Of a stretch of 64,000 bases of DNA, positions 37,601 through 47,327 are shown in pieces. Each line of letters opens with the position of its first letter. Position 1 is the first letter of the stretch. The notes under the pieces are model-generated. The model made no database searches. It was given only the letters and a program-made list of their open reading frames with translations, and was not told the DNA's origin. Source of the stretch: an uncultured Eubacteriales bacterium (GTDB lineage Bacteria; Bacillota; Clostridia; Christensenellales; UBA1242); the NCBI GenBank assembly GCA_902496015.1, contig CABUZJ010000004.1, forward strand, positions 4,257 to 68,256, given 5' to 3'. A program made the translations under genes and the position numbers.

Positions 37601-39517
37601 AAATTCAGCATCAGTCATCACTTCACTATTTAAGGTAATAGAAGTAAATGGACTTGAAATAATTTCCCAATTTAAAACAACATCTCCACTTTCATCAGGT
37701 TGTGCCCAATAATAATTATTTTTATCAACTAAACTAATTGTTATTGTATAATTTCCAATTTCAGTTTTTGTTGTATCTCCTGTTGTTGTAACTTCAATGC
37801 CTTCTGGTAAATTAATAACAGTTGGAGTTATTGCATTTTCCGTATAAATATAATAAGTTTGCTCTAATGATGGGTTGCCAACCATTACAGAATAAATTTT
37901 AAAAGTGCTATAATAAATGGAATCTTCTACTGATATCCAGTTTTCGTTTCCTTGTGAAAATCCTTTAACATAATATGTTCCAGCATTAGTTGGCACACCA
38001 TCAAGTTTTTGATATTCCCCTTCAACTAAAACATAATATTTATAATCAATATTTCCAAACAATGCTTGTAAGCCGGTTGGTTCATTTGGTTCTTCGCCAT
38101 AATGCCAATCATCAATGGATAATAATCCAGAAATTTTATTTTCTGCTTTTTCAATTGTCCATTCGATTTCATCTGCAAAATTTTTGTTTGTTAAGTTGTA
38201 ATTATTATTATCATAAACAAGAGTAACTGTTGTTTTATAGTCCCCAGCATTTATTGGGTTATTTTCAATTAATTGGTATTCTCCATTAACTTTATAATAA
38301 TTTTTATATACAACATTTGTTATCTCAGTAGCATTATTTATACCTGTTAACTGAACAATCTGCTCTTCTCCATTATATGTTAAATCAGTATTACTCCAAT
38401 TAACATTACCTAAATATATACTTGCTTTTTCAATTGTCCATTCATGGTTATAACTAAAATCTGCTGGTAAATTTAATTGGTAATTAATATCGTCGTAATT
38501 AAATTCAACTGATACATTATAAGTTCCAACATTTATTGCTTCGGTATCTCCTGAATATATTGCTTCTACGCTTGAAGGCATACTACCAACTAAAGCAATT
38601 TGTTGTGTTTGATTATTGTAAGTAAAATTATAAGAAGGCCAACTAATTTCAGACAAATCTAGCCCAACTTTATTTATAGTCCATTCTAATTCATTTTCAA
38701 AATCACCATAAACTAATTGGTAATTATCTTCGTCATAGCTAAAATTCGCAATCGCTGTGTAAGTCCCCGCATTAATTTGAGCATTATTTGAATAACTAAC
38801 TGTTATTCCATCTGGTAAATTTTGTAAACTTACGCTATGTTCGCTTCCGTCATAAGTAAATGGAGAGTAATAACCCCAATAAGCATATTGCATATTAATT
38901 TCAGCTTTCTCAATTTCCCAATCAAGATAATAGCCAAAATTATCATTTATAAGTTTATAGTTTGTTGTATCATAAACCAATTGAACTTCTGCCCTATATT
39001 GCCCAGCATTAGTTTGAGCATTATTTGTATATCGCGCTGTAACATCATAAGGCAAATTATTTAATTCAACACTATATTCATTCTCATTATAGGTAAATAG
39101 ATAAGAAGCATCATAGTTCCACGATACTCCACTCATATCAATTTCACCCTTATTAACAATAAGTTTAATTTTAGCAGTATAACCATTATAACTAATTGTT
39201 AAATCATAGCCTGCTTCATTTGCATTTAGCACGCTTGGCAAACCACTAATGGTGTAACCACCTTCACCATAATTTATTTGAGTTTTAGTGTCATCACTGT
39301 TATTTAAATAAACAGTAATATAGTTACTTAAATAACTAGGTTCAAATTCGCCATAATAATCGGTGTAATTTAAAGTAACCGTGTTGCCTTCAACATTATT
39401 AACCACCACACTTATTCCATTTTGTGTTGGTTTCTTTTCGCCACACGCACTAAATAAAAATGCACATGGCAAAATCATAATACATGCTAAAACGAACATT
39501 AAAATTTTCTTTTTCAT
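34649..39517 (-). CDS. 1622-aa surface lipoprotein with N-terminal MBG-like repeats
   Basis: Signal + lipobox LFSAC. Start set at MKKKIL (ATG 39517) behind GGGAGGAG. Repeats of Y.G..., NAG.Y, ...EWTIEKA type occur about 6 times. Confidence 0.8.
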   Translation of the reverse strand: MKKKILMFVLACIMILPCAFLFSACGEKKPTQNGISVVVNNVEGNTVTLNYTDYYGEFEPSYLSNYITVYLNNSDDTKTQINYGEGGYTISGLPSVLNANEAGYDLTISYNGYTAKIKLIVNKGEIDMSGVSWNYDASYLFTYNENEYSVELNNLPYDVTARYTNNAQTNAGQYRAEVQLVYDTTNYKLINDNFGYYLDWEIEKAEINMQYAYWGYYSPFTYDGSEHSVSLQNLPDGITVSYSNNAQINAGTYTAIANFSYDEDNYQLVYGDFENELEWTINKVGLDLSEISWPSYNFTYNNQTQQIALVGSMPSSVEAIYSGDTEAINVGTYNVSVEFNYDDINYQLNLPADFSYNHEWTIEKASIYLGNVNWSNTDLTYNGEEQIVQLTGINNATEITNVVYKNYYKVNGEYQLIENNPINAGDYKTTVTLVYDNNNYNLTNKNFADEIEWTIEKAENKISGLLSIDDWHYGEEPNEPTGLQALFGNIDYKYYVLVEGEYQKLDGVPTNAGTYYVKGFSQGNENWISVEDSIYYSTFKIYSVMVGNPSLEQTYYIYTENAITPTVINLPEGIEVTTTGDTTKTEIGNYTITISLVDKNNYYWAQPDESGDVVLNWEIISSPFTSITLNSEVMTDAEFVNLTTLNIGDELGLVIADGFSCTVVKHYYNINTGVESTDSSALDNNISVNPNSISFEIKINQNAVTIYSKTINVNRDIFEKVVVGDQEMTFDEFKANPVVKYGDTLSILLKSEYSSKLSLTFVNDSAITEDTTIKIKENDDISGLEYYLIDITCNTDVITDITLNDQSITLEELKSMTSIDFGSTLKFYVNPNITNYSVYIYENGRQQITGQKTIVVNSFSNINIEVENSSQLLEYNISINPEIDVTINGEPYTINSQFYTYERDLNEQSFVIDFGDAFNGYDLKYTINNTGSYIDFTQSTITISLNEGYNAITLYDDLDNYILQIEIAKFNPTQNILIETTSSYGQSEVPYSITNNSLYLSINEFITNFEVQFKDAYAECTYSVFNPQGELIEDFTQAESGIYTLKVYLNETEIYNASINLYYRMYVINDLNFNDNGDVAILITNQEQLSKTFDSNIYFTNEVLTFNGSQTLTLIEGQQEVQVNYSATMNGKTYNYSFKLYVEYILEGNNVTNYVSDITITYNDIYDSGYSINFDKDLNISQNPHNFYDLAFIPESGINIQTIGDASVISQEIIFSQAKDICYLEYTISTPEGDKTYRAYIKTYGTISSNTDASLYFEDQSTSEQDITSEIVDNSYTIENIVIEGTLRVITEDSHARIEFYKNSIAEENLISKNSNSLNISTSGTYIIKIISSDNTASRIITVTVTNVDSLIFEVSYNDERLYLENGENGPTGNVTMEVEQNGMTTFYAYFSYVDFGDETTVTLNGNTCYENKLYLPDLTPITSLNNLVLQLLEDTDGSITKIMGAKYAVIYINLFEDVYFPIYFIFAGQPPYPMTFNFDINGDSAIDENDTSFNLKMNFAEVSDGNVENIDLGDFQIGDIGPVINVTRSQLGITNEENTVTAIVKWSRVFNDLSYQFTTDYQIGETPTLTGPTSENLETELTLNFVDEGDGTLVATIYVCAEGATNDTLAENLLVVKFILV

Positions 39518-39640
39518 TAAATCTCCTCCCTGTGTTATACGCAAGTTGGCTTAGATTAGTGAATAAAAATGTATAACTTAATAATAGTATTACACAATTT
39601 AATTAAAAAAATCAAGCAAATATATGTGTTAAAATAATCC

Positions 39641-41344
39641 TTATATATCTATGTAATAAGCATAAACTTTAAAACCATTATCATCTTCATCAGTAATGTA
39701 ATCATCATGTGGTTTATAATAATAATTGTTTTCTTGTATTTCCCAAGGATTTAAAGAATTTCCTTCATTATCTGTTAATTTAACACCAGTTCCGTTTTCG
39801 CCAGTATAATACCCAACAAAAGCCTTACCATCAATGTCAGCATATTCAATTACAAAATTACTTCCTTCTGTAACATAAAGTAAAAATTCATTTGGTCTAT
39901 CTACTATTCTAACTGAATTTGAAATTATATCAATATTATTTTCAAAATATAAGAATATCATCCCATTTGAAGCATTTTGATTAACATAACTTGAAAATAC
40001 TATTGTTTGACCTCTATTAGCACTGAAACTCCCACTAAATGTTTCTCCACTTTTTATCTCATCACTATAAACAAGCGTGCCATCAATAGTAATGTTTAAC
40101 ATTGCAGTACAAGTACTACTTTGAATTTCAAAATTTCCATTAAAACTTACAGTCCCATCTTCACAATCATAAACATAAGTATATATATGTGGTTGGTTAT
40201 ATGCAAGATTTGACATTGTTATTTTCCTTCCTGCTGTCATAATGTTAGAAAATAAAATATTGTCGGTTTTTATAAATTTTGCAGTTAAAATAAGTAATTT
40301 ATTTGTCTCTGTTTGTCGATTAAAATTATATTTACTATTTTGTGTAGTATACCAACCATCAAAATAATAACCTGATCTTGATTGTGGTTGCAAACATTCT
40401 ATAATGTCTCCCTCGTTATATGTAACAACATATTCTGCTTCTACATCATTTGCATAATAACCTCTATATCTCACAGTCATGGTTGTATCTATATTATTAT
40501 TATCGTATATAACTTTTTGCGTCTGTGCTTCAGTAAAATAAGCATAAATATACATACAATCACTAGAGCTTGGTAAAAAATCAACTATAAATTCACCATC
40601 ATTTGAACATATTTGTTCACCTTTCCCAAAAGGCTCTGTAAAAAATCCATGGAATATAAATCCAATTTCAGCAGGTGGGGTAATTGTTACTTTTTCATTA
40701 AATTTTATAATCTTTGTTTCATTACAATATTTAGGATTATAAGGATTAGTAGAATAATACAAATAAAAAGATATAGGTTTAAAAATTGCGTAAAGAGTAA
40801 CATTTTCCATATATTTACCACTATAAACATTATTAATGGTAAAAGAACTGTCTTTACTTTCACCCCAACCTTCAAAAGTATATCCATATTTAGAAACAAT
40901 TGGCAATTTATAAGAATCTGCCACTTTGTGTGTTTGTGTAGTGCTAGTTAATCCATTTACAAGAGTTAATGAATAAGTTTTATCAATCTTGTACTCATAA
41001 ACTTTTACAACACTTTTGTTTTGGCAATATGAAATAAAGTCGTTAGTATAATATCCATAGTCATCATAAACACGAATTCCTTGACCATTTAATTGTGTAA
41101 AATAGCCACTATAAGAATAATAATTAGCATTCATAATGACAAACTCACAATAATATATTGAAGTAAAATCAACATTATAAGATTTACCTACACTTATACC
41201 TTCTTGCGAATATAATTGAATTTCAACACTATTTAAAGGTTGCTCTTGTGGTTGTTTTTCTTTGTCACCCCAACACCCACTAAAAATAATTAAACAAGGC
41301 AAGAAAATAATTGTTATTAAAAACATTTTTAAAAAATTTTTCAT
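39641..41344 (-). CDS. 567-aa lipoprotein with Listeria-Bacteroides (Flg_new) type repeats
   Basis: Lipobox IFSGC. GYTFEGWG, FHGFFTEPFG, GYYFDGWYT, FVGYYTGENG. Confidence 0.75.
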   Translation of the reverse strand: MKNFLKMFLITIIFLPCLIIFSGCWGDKEKQPQEQPLNSVEIQLYSQEGISVGKSYNVDFTSIYYCEFVIMNANYYSYSGYFTQLNGQGIRVYDDYGYYTNDFISYCQNKSVVKVYEYKIDKTYSLTLVNGLTSTTQTHKVADSYKLPIVSKYGYTFEGWGESKDSSFTINNVYSGKYMENVTLYAIFKPISFYLYYSTNPYNPKYCNETKIIKFNEKVTITPPAEIGFIFHGFFTEPFGKGEQICSNDGEFIVDFLPSSSDCMYIYAYFTEAQTQKVIYDNNNIDTTMTVRYRGYYANDVEAEYVVTYNEGDIIECLQPQSRSGYYFDGWYTTQNSKYNFNRQTETNKLLILTAKFIKTDNILFSNIMTAGRKITMSNLAYNQPHIYTYVYDCEDGTVSFNGNFEIQSSTCTAMLNITIDGTLVYSDEIKSGETFSGSFSANRGQTIVFSSYVNQNASNGMIFLYFENNIDIISNSVRIVDRPNEFLLYVTEGSNFVIEYADIDGKAFVGYYTGENGTGVKLTDNEGNSLNPWEIQENNYYYKPHDDYITDEDDNGFKVYAYYIDI

Positions 41345-41624
41345 AATTCACTTAACCCTTATTACATTTATTATTATAATTCTATTATAAAATAATATAT
41401 TTGACAAATTTTTTTATGAATTGTAAATAAAATAATTAATGACTTTCTTAAAAAAACAATTTAGTTTAATAATATAAAGCTCAAAGTTAATATTTTTATC
41501 TTATGTTTATTTATCATATTAGTAAATAAAAAACTGCAAATTCATAAGAATTTACAGTTTAAAATATTACTATACTACATAATTGTTGATGATAACCTAA
41601 ATCATAATGATATTATTAATTAAA

Positions 41625-43196
41625 TTAAAGTGGAAGGTCTTTTTTATCAAAATAGAAAATTCCAATAATAAAAGTCACAATTCCAATACCAAATAAAATT
41701 GCAAATTTCCAAACGAAAGATATTGCACCTTCTAAAATTGCCGTTGTGTCAAATAAAGTTATTATTGATAAATAGTTAAAGAAATTCATTTGGTCTATTC
41801 TCATTGCAGATGGAACAACACTTGAACCAAATAATCCTAATATAGTGCAAACTAACATAAAAATTGAAATACCGCCACCAATAGATAACGAATATTTAGT
41901 TCTATTGAATATGCTAGAACACATAAAGCAAAATCCTGCAAACGCAAACATCGTTAAAAATGCACCAAGGTTAAATAATAATATTTGCGAAAAATTAATA
42001 GCAAAATCGTTCCCGCCAACTATAAATATTGAAACCACACTAACCACTGTTACAACCGCAAACATTGTAAACAATGCCAAAATTAAATAAATCATTTGGG
42101 TAACAGTTACAGTTCTTCTTTTTGTTGGAGTTGAAAGAACATAAGCCATAGAACCAGAATCAACTTGCCCCGCAAGAAGGCCATTAGCAACCATTATAAC
42201 AAATACCATTGGAAGTAAAATTCCTGCAATACGATAAAAGATTGAACCAATTATTAACCCATAAATATCCATATTCCCCAATTCTGTTAATGCTTCCGCA
42301 ACATCATCTGGAATTTGGTCAGTTATGCTTGCACTGGCTTTCTCTTTTGCGTAACTTTTATCAAAGCCTTCATTTTGATAAAATTCATAAGTGCTTATTG
42401 CAGAGTTAGACATAACTTTCACTGCAAGTGCATTAATTCTTGCATCATCATGCCCTAAAGTATCTTTAAACTGATTATAAACTTCGTTATATAACATATC
42501 GTTAACAAAAATATTCGCTTCTTGTTTTAAATCGTTTAATCTTTCAGGTTCTTCCTGCTTTAATCTTTTAAATTCAGCTATAACATCTCCCGCTAACACT
42601 TTTGCTTGTTCGGCTTTTTCTTGTGCTTGTTCTTCATTTCCAATTTCTTCAAATTCTAATGCATAAGCATTGTTTTCAACTAATATTTTATAACTTTCTT
42701 CAAACACTAATTGCAAGTCTGCCTTAAAATTTGCAGTAGTGTCAGTCCTAACTGGTGTTTGTTTTGCAATAGTTAAAAATACTTCACAAAATGCTAGTTG
42801 TTCTTCTTCACTCATTCCATCTAAAAATCCCTGTGACGCAAGTAATCCTTGCACAGTAGATGGAGTTGCAAAATCTGAATTAATCATAGGCCACATGTTT
42901 TTAAAGCTTTCAAGACTTCCATCTTGTTCGGCAACATCTAAGTTTGTTGTTAATTGATTTTCAAAATCTAAAGTTTGATATGCAAGGTCATAACTATCTA
43001 CAGCATTTTCTTGCACAATTGCCTGATTATTAGCGTCTGAAAAAACTTGTTTTAATGAAGTTCTAATGCCATTAATATCTAAACTGCCTAAAACAATTAT
43101 AACTATTGCAAGCATTATACTGGTTGCAAGCATAACTGCTAACCATTTTATCCAATTCGCCTTAATTGATTGTTTAAAAAGCGCTTTACTAAACAT
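41625..43196 (-). CDS. ABC-2-type permease with a large extracytoplasmic loop
   Basis: N-terminal TM, a ~270-aa soluble region and a C-terminal 5-6 TM bundle. Overlaps the ATPase gene. Confidence 0.65.
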   Translation of the reverse strand: MFSKALFKQSIKANWIKWLAVMLATSIMLAIVIIVLGSLDINGIRTSLKQVFSDANNQAIVQENAVDSYDLAYQTLDFENQLTTNLDVAEQDGSLESFKNMWPMINSDFATPSTVQGLLASQGFLDGMSEEEQLAFCEVFLTIAKQTPVRTDTTANFKADLQLVFEESYKILVENNAYALEFEEIGNEEQAQEKAEQAKVLAGDVIAEFKRLKQEEPERLNDLKQEANIFVNDMLYNEVYNQFKDTLGHDDARINALAVKVMSNSAISTYEFYQNEGFDKSYAKEKASASITDQIPDDVAEALTELGNMDIYGLIIGSIFYRIAGILLPMVFVIMVANGLLAGQVDSGSMAYVLSTPTKRRTVTVTQMIYLILALFTMFAVVTVVSVVSIFIVGGNDFAINFSQILLFNLGAFLTMFAFAGFCFMCSSIFNRTKYSLSIGGGISIFMLVCTILGLFGSSVVPSAMRIDQMNFFNYLSIITLFDTTAILEGAISFVWKFAILFGIGIVTFIIGIFYFDKKDLPL

Positions 43197-44103
43197 GGCT
43201 TTCCTCCTTTTGTTGTTTCATCAATATTTCTTTAAAATGTTTCTCAAGATTATTTTTAATTTCTGCAATAAATTTTATTTTATAATGCGTAAGCGACTTA
43301 AATAACTTATTAATATCTTTATCTTCAATTAAAATAGTCACCTGATTATATTGCTTTTGATCTCTTATTATCTTATATTTCAAATGTTTAAATTTATGGT
43401 AACTATCCTCATCTAAAAATTCAATCTTATATGTTTTACATGTTGAATTTTTAAGTTCGTTAACACTAGTTATATCTATAATCTTCCCATTGTGAATAAG
43501 GGCTACTCTATCACAAACATCTTCAAGTTCGTCAAACATTTGACTACTCATTAAAATTGTTTTACCCTTTCTTTTTTCTTCGTTTAATAATTCAAGAAAT
43601 GTTTGGCGCATTAAAGGGTCTAATCCAGTTGTTGGCTCATCTAAAATTAAAATCTCTTTATTTGCCATTAATGCTGAAACTATGGCAGTTTTTTGTTTCA
43701 TTCCCTTACTCATTCTTTTTAAACTTGCAGAGGGATCAAGTTGCAATTTTTCAATTAAATAATTAGCATAATTCATATCTTTAATTTTTAAAAATTCTGC
43801 CTGACTTTTTAAAAATTCTATACCAGTTGTAAGGTCTGGAAAAGAAATTTCACCAGGCACATAACTAACATAGTTTTTAATTTTACAAGAATCTTTCCAA
43901 GCATCCATTCCTAACACACTAACTTTGCCACTATGTGCTTTTAAAAAACCCATTATATGCCTTATGGTCGTGGTTTTGCCACTGCCATTAGTTCCCACAA
44001 AACCAAAAGTTTCACCTTTTGCCACTGAAAACGAAAGGTCAAAAATTCCCCTATTTTGCCCATAGTCTTTTGTTAAATGTTCAACTTTAATTATTTCTTC
44101 CAT
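43189..44103 (-). CDS. ABC transporter ATP-binding protein
   Basis: GTNGSGKTT, MSKGMKQK, ILILDEP. Confidence 0.85.
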   Translation of the reverse strand: MEEIIKVEHLTKDYGQNRGIFDLSFSVAKGETFGFVGTNGSGKTTTIRHIMGFLKAHSGKVSVLGMDAWKDSCKIKNYVSYVPGEISFPDLTTGIEFLKSQAEFLKIKDMNYANYLIEKLQLDPSASLKRMSKGMKQKTAIVSALMANKEILILDEPTTGLDPLMRQTFLELLNEEKRKGKTILMSSQMFDELEDVCDRVALIHNGKIIDITSVNELKNSTCKTYKIEFLDEDSYHKFKHLKYKIIRDQKQYNQVTILIEDKDINKLFKSLTHYKIKFIAEIKNNLEKHFKEILMKQQKEESHV

Positions 44104-45050
44104 TTCAACGCACCTTTAAAATTCTTATCTTCATAATAAAACTGCATAAAATAGTCTTGCAAGGTAAATTCAACTTGCTTAAATTCTTTTATTTTAAATT
44201 TACTCATTAACAAAATTACTTCATTAATATCCTTATCTTGAACACAAACTATCACTTTCAAATTTTTTTCGTCTACACTGCTAATCCCATATTTTAAAAT
44301 AGTGTCTACTTTAATTTTTGCTTTAGGCATATTTTTAACAAATTCTTTTAATTCTTGTTCATTATTAAAATAAACTTCAAAACTTTTATTTTGATTGTGT
44401 TTAATTGCATTTGTTTCAAATGTTGAAACAATTCTACCATCTTTAATAATGGCAATTCTATCGCATGTTGCTTCTACCTCGCTAAAAATATGTGAAGAAA
44501 GCAAAATCGTCTTGCCTTTTTTCTTTTCTTCTTTAATAAATTCAATGAAATTTTGTTGCATAACTGGGTCTAGTCCACTTGTTGGTTCATCTAACACAAG
44601 CACATCAGGATTATTCATAAATGCTGCCACTATGGCAAGTTTTCGTTTGTCTCCAAGACTCATATTTTTTGTCTCAATATTAGGGTTAAGTTCAAATTTT
44701 TGAAGTAAATAGTTTAACATATCGTCAGATTTACATCTTCTTAAATCGCCCATCATCTTAATAAAATCTGTTCCAGTTAACCCTTCAGGCAAGGCTATTT
44801 CGCCGGGCAAATAACCCACTCTTTCTAAAATTTTATAATAATTATGAAAACTTTCTAAACCAAAAACTCTTGTCTCTCCTTTTTTAGGTTTAGAAAATCC
44901 CATTATATGCCTAATAGTTGTAGACTTCCCCGCACCATTTGGCCCCAAAAAACCAAACACTTCCCCTTTTTTAACGGCAAAAGACACATCAAAAATTCCT
45001 CTTCCATGACCATAGTCTTGCGTTAAGTTATCCACTTCTATTATGTTCAT
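44091..45050 (-). CDS. ABC transporter ATP-binding protein (second ATPase)
   Basis: GPNGAGKST, LSLGDKRK, VLVLDEP. Start set at MNIIEV (ATG 45050) behind GGAGGG. Confidence 0.85.
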   Translation of the reverse strand: MNIIEVDNLTQDYGHGRGIFDVSFAVKKGEVFGFLGPNGAGKSTTIRHIMGFSKPKKGETRVFGLESFHNYYKILERVGYLPGEIALPEGLTGTDFIKMMGDLRRCKSDDMLNYLLQKFELNPNIETKNMSLGDKRKLAIVAAFMNNPDVLVLDEPTSGLDPVMQQNFIEFIKEEKKKGKTILLSSHIFSEVEATCDRIAIIKDGRIVSTFETNAIKHNQNKSFEVYFNNEQELKEFVKNMPKAKIKVDTILKYGISSVDEKNLKVIVCVQDKDINEVILLMSKFKIKEFKQVEFTLQDYFMQFYYEDKNFKGALKWKK

Positions 45051-45535
45051 GTTTGTCCCTCCGTTCATTTATTTTATTTTAAAATGATTTTCATTGTTAA
45101 GGTTTTTATAACAAGATAATAGATTTATATATTTATATAACAATTATAATAGAAATAGTTAAAATAAATCAACAATAAAATGCTATAATTTAAAAAATTT
45201 ATATCAAAAATTGTTTAATAAATTCATTTAATGAATTGTTAAAACATAATAATTGTCCAAAAGTTTTATATAACTAAAATAATTATTATTTTCACAATGC
45301 AAATTGCTTAAATAAACAATATAAATTAATCATTAATTTTAAGAACGCTAAACAAAAATTATCATGAGTTAATTTGAATTGAAAAAAAGTGTCTCATAAT
45401 AACACTATAAGCAAAGATAATAATATTATAAAATTGATAAATGAAAAATATAAAAAATAAATAAATTAATAAAAAACTCTTGATTTTAACTAAAAAATAA
45501 TGTAAACTACAAAAGCATATAAATGCAAAAAAAAT

Positions 45536-45623
45536 GGAAGGTTGGCTGAGCGGTCGAAAGCAGCGGTCTTGAAAACCGTCGTAGTGAGAGCTACCTGGGG
45601 TTCAAATCCCTAACCTTCCGCCA
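45536..45623 (+). tRNA. tRNA-Ser (anticodon TGA)
   Basis: Acceptor GGAAGGT/ACCTTCC, anticodon loop CTTGAAA, long variable arm, CCA encoded. Confidence 0.85.
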
Positions 45624-45679
45624 AGCGAAACTGATAAGAACAATTTTTGTTCTTATCGGTTTATTATTTTTGAGGTATT

Positions 45680-46165
45680 ATGAGTAAAGTTTTATTAATT
45701 GTAGATATGCAAAAAGGCTTTATAAACAAAAAAGAGTATTTAGATTTAGAAATTAAGATAAATGATTTGATTAAGAAAAATACTTACAATTACTATATTT
45801 TTACTAAATTTATTAACAAAAGCGATAGTTTTTATGTTAACATATTAAATTGGAAAAACTTAACAAACAAGGACTCTCAAAGAATTTGCGTAACCATTCC
45901 TAAAAATAGTTTAATTTTTGAAAAATTTGGCTATGGTTTAAACGAGTCACAAATTAAAAGAATTAAAGAAATTGTATCCGCTGATAATCAAATAGATATT
46001 TGTGGTCTACAAACAGATGCTTGTGTATATGCTATTTCATTGCAACTTTTTGACAATCAAATTTTCCCTAATATTTTAATAAATTACACTGCAACAACAA
46101 ACAATAAGGAATATATAAAGTATATGCTTATTCATCAATTTGGAAAAATTGATGAAATGAAATAA
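45680..46165 (+). CDS. Isochorismatase-family cysteine hydrolase
   Basis: LLIVDMQKGF and GLQTDACV. Confidence 0.7.
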   Translation: MSKVLLIVDMQKGFINKKEYLDLEIKINDLIKKNTYNYYIFTKFINKSDSFYVNILNWKNLTNKDSQRICVTIPKNSLIFEKFGYGLNESQIKRIKEIVSADNQIDICGLQTDACVYAISLQLFDNQIFPNILINYTATTNNKEYIKYMLIHQFGKIDEMK

Positions 46166-46420
46166 AGTTTGTTTTTATGAATACTTACGCTTTCAGCCAA
46201 TTGCGAGCAATCCAAACCCTTTGGGTTAGATTGCTCTGTTTTATTTTTAAATTCGCTTTTATTTAAATGTATTATAAAGTTTAAACATTTATAAATATTC
46301 TACCAAATGAAATTTTAAAGAAAAACTTAATTTTTTAAATTTTAACTAAAAAATAAAACTTAAAAAATTTTTATATATCTTTTATATTATATGATATAAT
46401 AAATTTATTAAGGAGACTCT

Positions 46421-46957
46421 ATGAAAAATAAAATTGAAACAGAAAGATTAATTTTGAGACCATGGGAACTTAATGATATTGAAGCATTATGTGAAGGTTT
46501 AAACAATTTTGATGTGGCGAAATTTTTAACAATTCCATTTCCATATACAATAGAATATGCAAAAAGTTTCATTAATACAAGGATTGAAAACCCAAACACA
46601 AAGCAAAAAAGTTATTTTGCAATCGTTGAAAAAAATAGTGGAAAAGTTATTGGCGGAACCAACATCTGTCTTGATGAAAATAATATAGCAACTGGTGGTA
46701 TTTGGATAAATGCTAATTATCACGGTCATGGTTATGGAACAGAAGCAATGAGAGGAAGGGCGATATACTGTTTTGATCAATTAAAAGCAGTTTATTTAAT
46801 TAATGGATTTTTGGAAGGTAATGAAATTTCTTATAAAATGCAAAGAAAATTAGGGTATAAGTTAACTGGAGAACTTGGAGAACGAAATTGTCCTGCTCGT
46901 GGTGGCAAAACTAAAGAAATAAAAACAATGCTTAAAAAAGAAGATTTTATTAGATAG
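46421..46957 (+). CDS. GNAT acetyltransferase (RimJ/RimL-like)
   Basis: TERLILRPW... and HGHGYGTEA. Confidence 0.7.
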   Translation: MKNKIETERLILRPWELNDIEALCEGLNNFDVAKFLTIPFPYTIEYAKSFINTRIENPNTKQKSYFAIVEKNSGKVIGGTNICLDENNIATGGIWINANYHGHGYGTEAMRGRAIYCFDQLKAVYLINGFLEGNEISYKMQRKLGYKLTGELGERNCPARGGKTKEIKTMLKKEDFIR

Positions 46958-47105
46958 TTATGCATAAACACAAAATAAATTAAGTTTAAAACTATTGAAT
47001 TTGGTTTAAAAGTATTTATTTGATAAAATTATCTATTTTAGTTCATAAACAATCTTATACTAAATATATTATTAATTAATTTTATAGAAAGAAGTTATTT
47101 CATTA

Positions 47106-47156
47106 CACCCAACTCCAATATATTCTAGTGTTAAGATTGGTTGTCGGTCTGCCCGC
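47106..47156. repeat. ~50-nt conserved hairpin-capable motif (second copy at 57459-57511)
   Basis: CACCCAACTCCAATATATTCTAGTGTTAAGATTGGTTGTCGGTCTGCCCGC vs CACCCAACGCCAACATATATTTTTGTGTTAGGATTGGTTGCCAGTCTTCCCGCC. Confidence 0.7.
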
Positions 47157-47327
47157 AAAAAAACTGATAAGATTTGCTTATCAGTTTTTTATTTTAATGT
47201 GATATTTACTAACATTTATATTTTTTATTAAATTATTACTAAAATGAATTTAGTTTTATCAATTCACAAAAAATTAGATTTTATTAAAAATATTACATTC
47301 TTTTATAGTAGTTTTTATTAATAAAAT

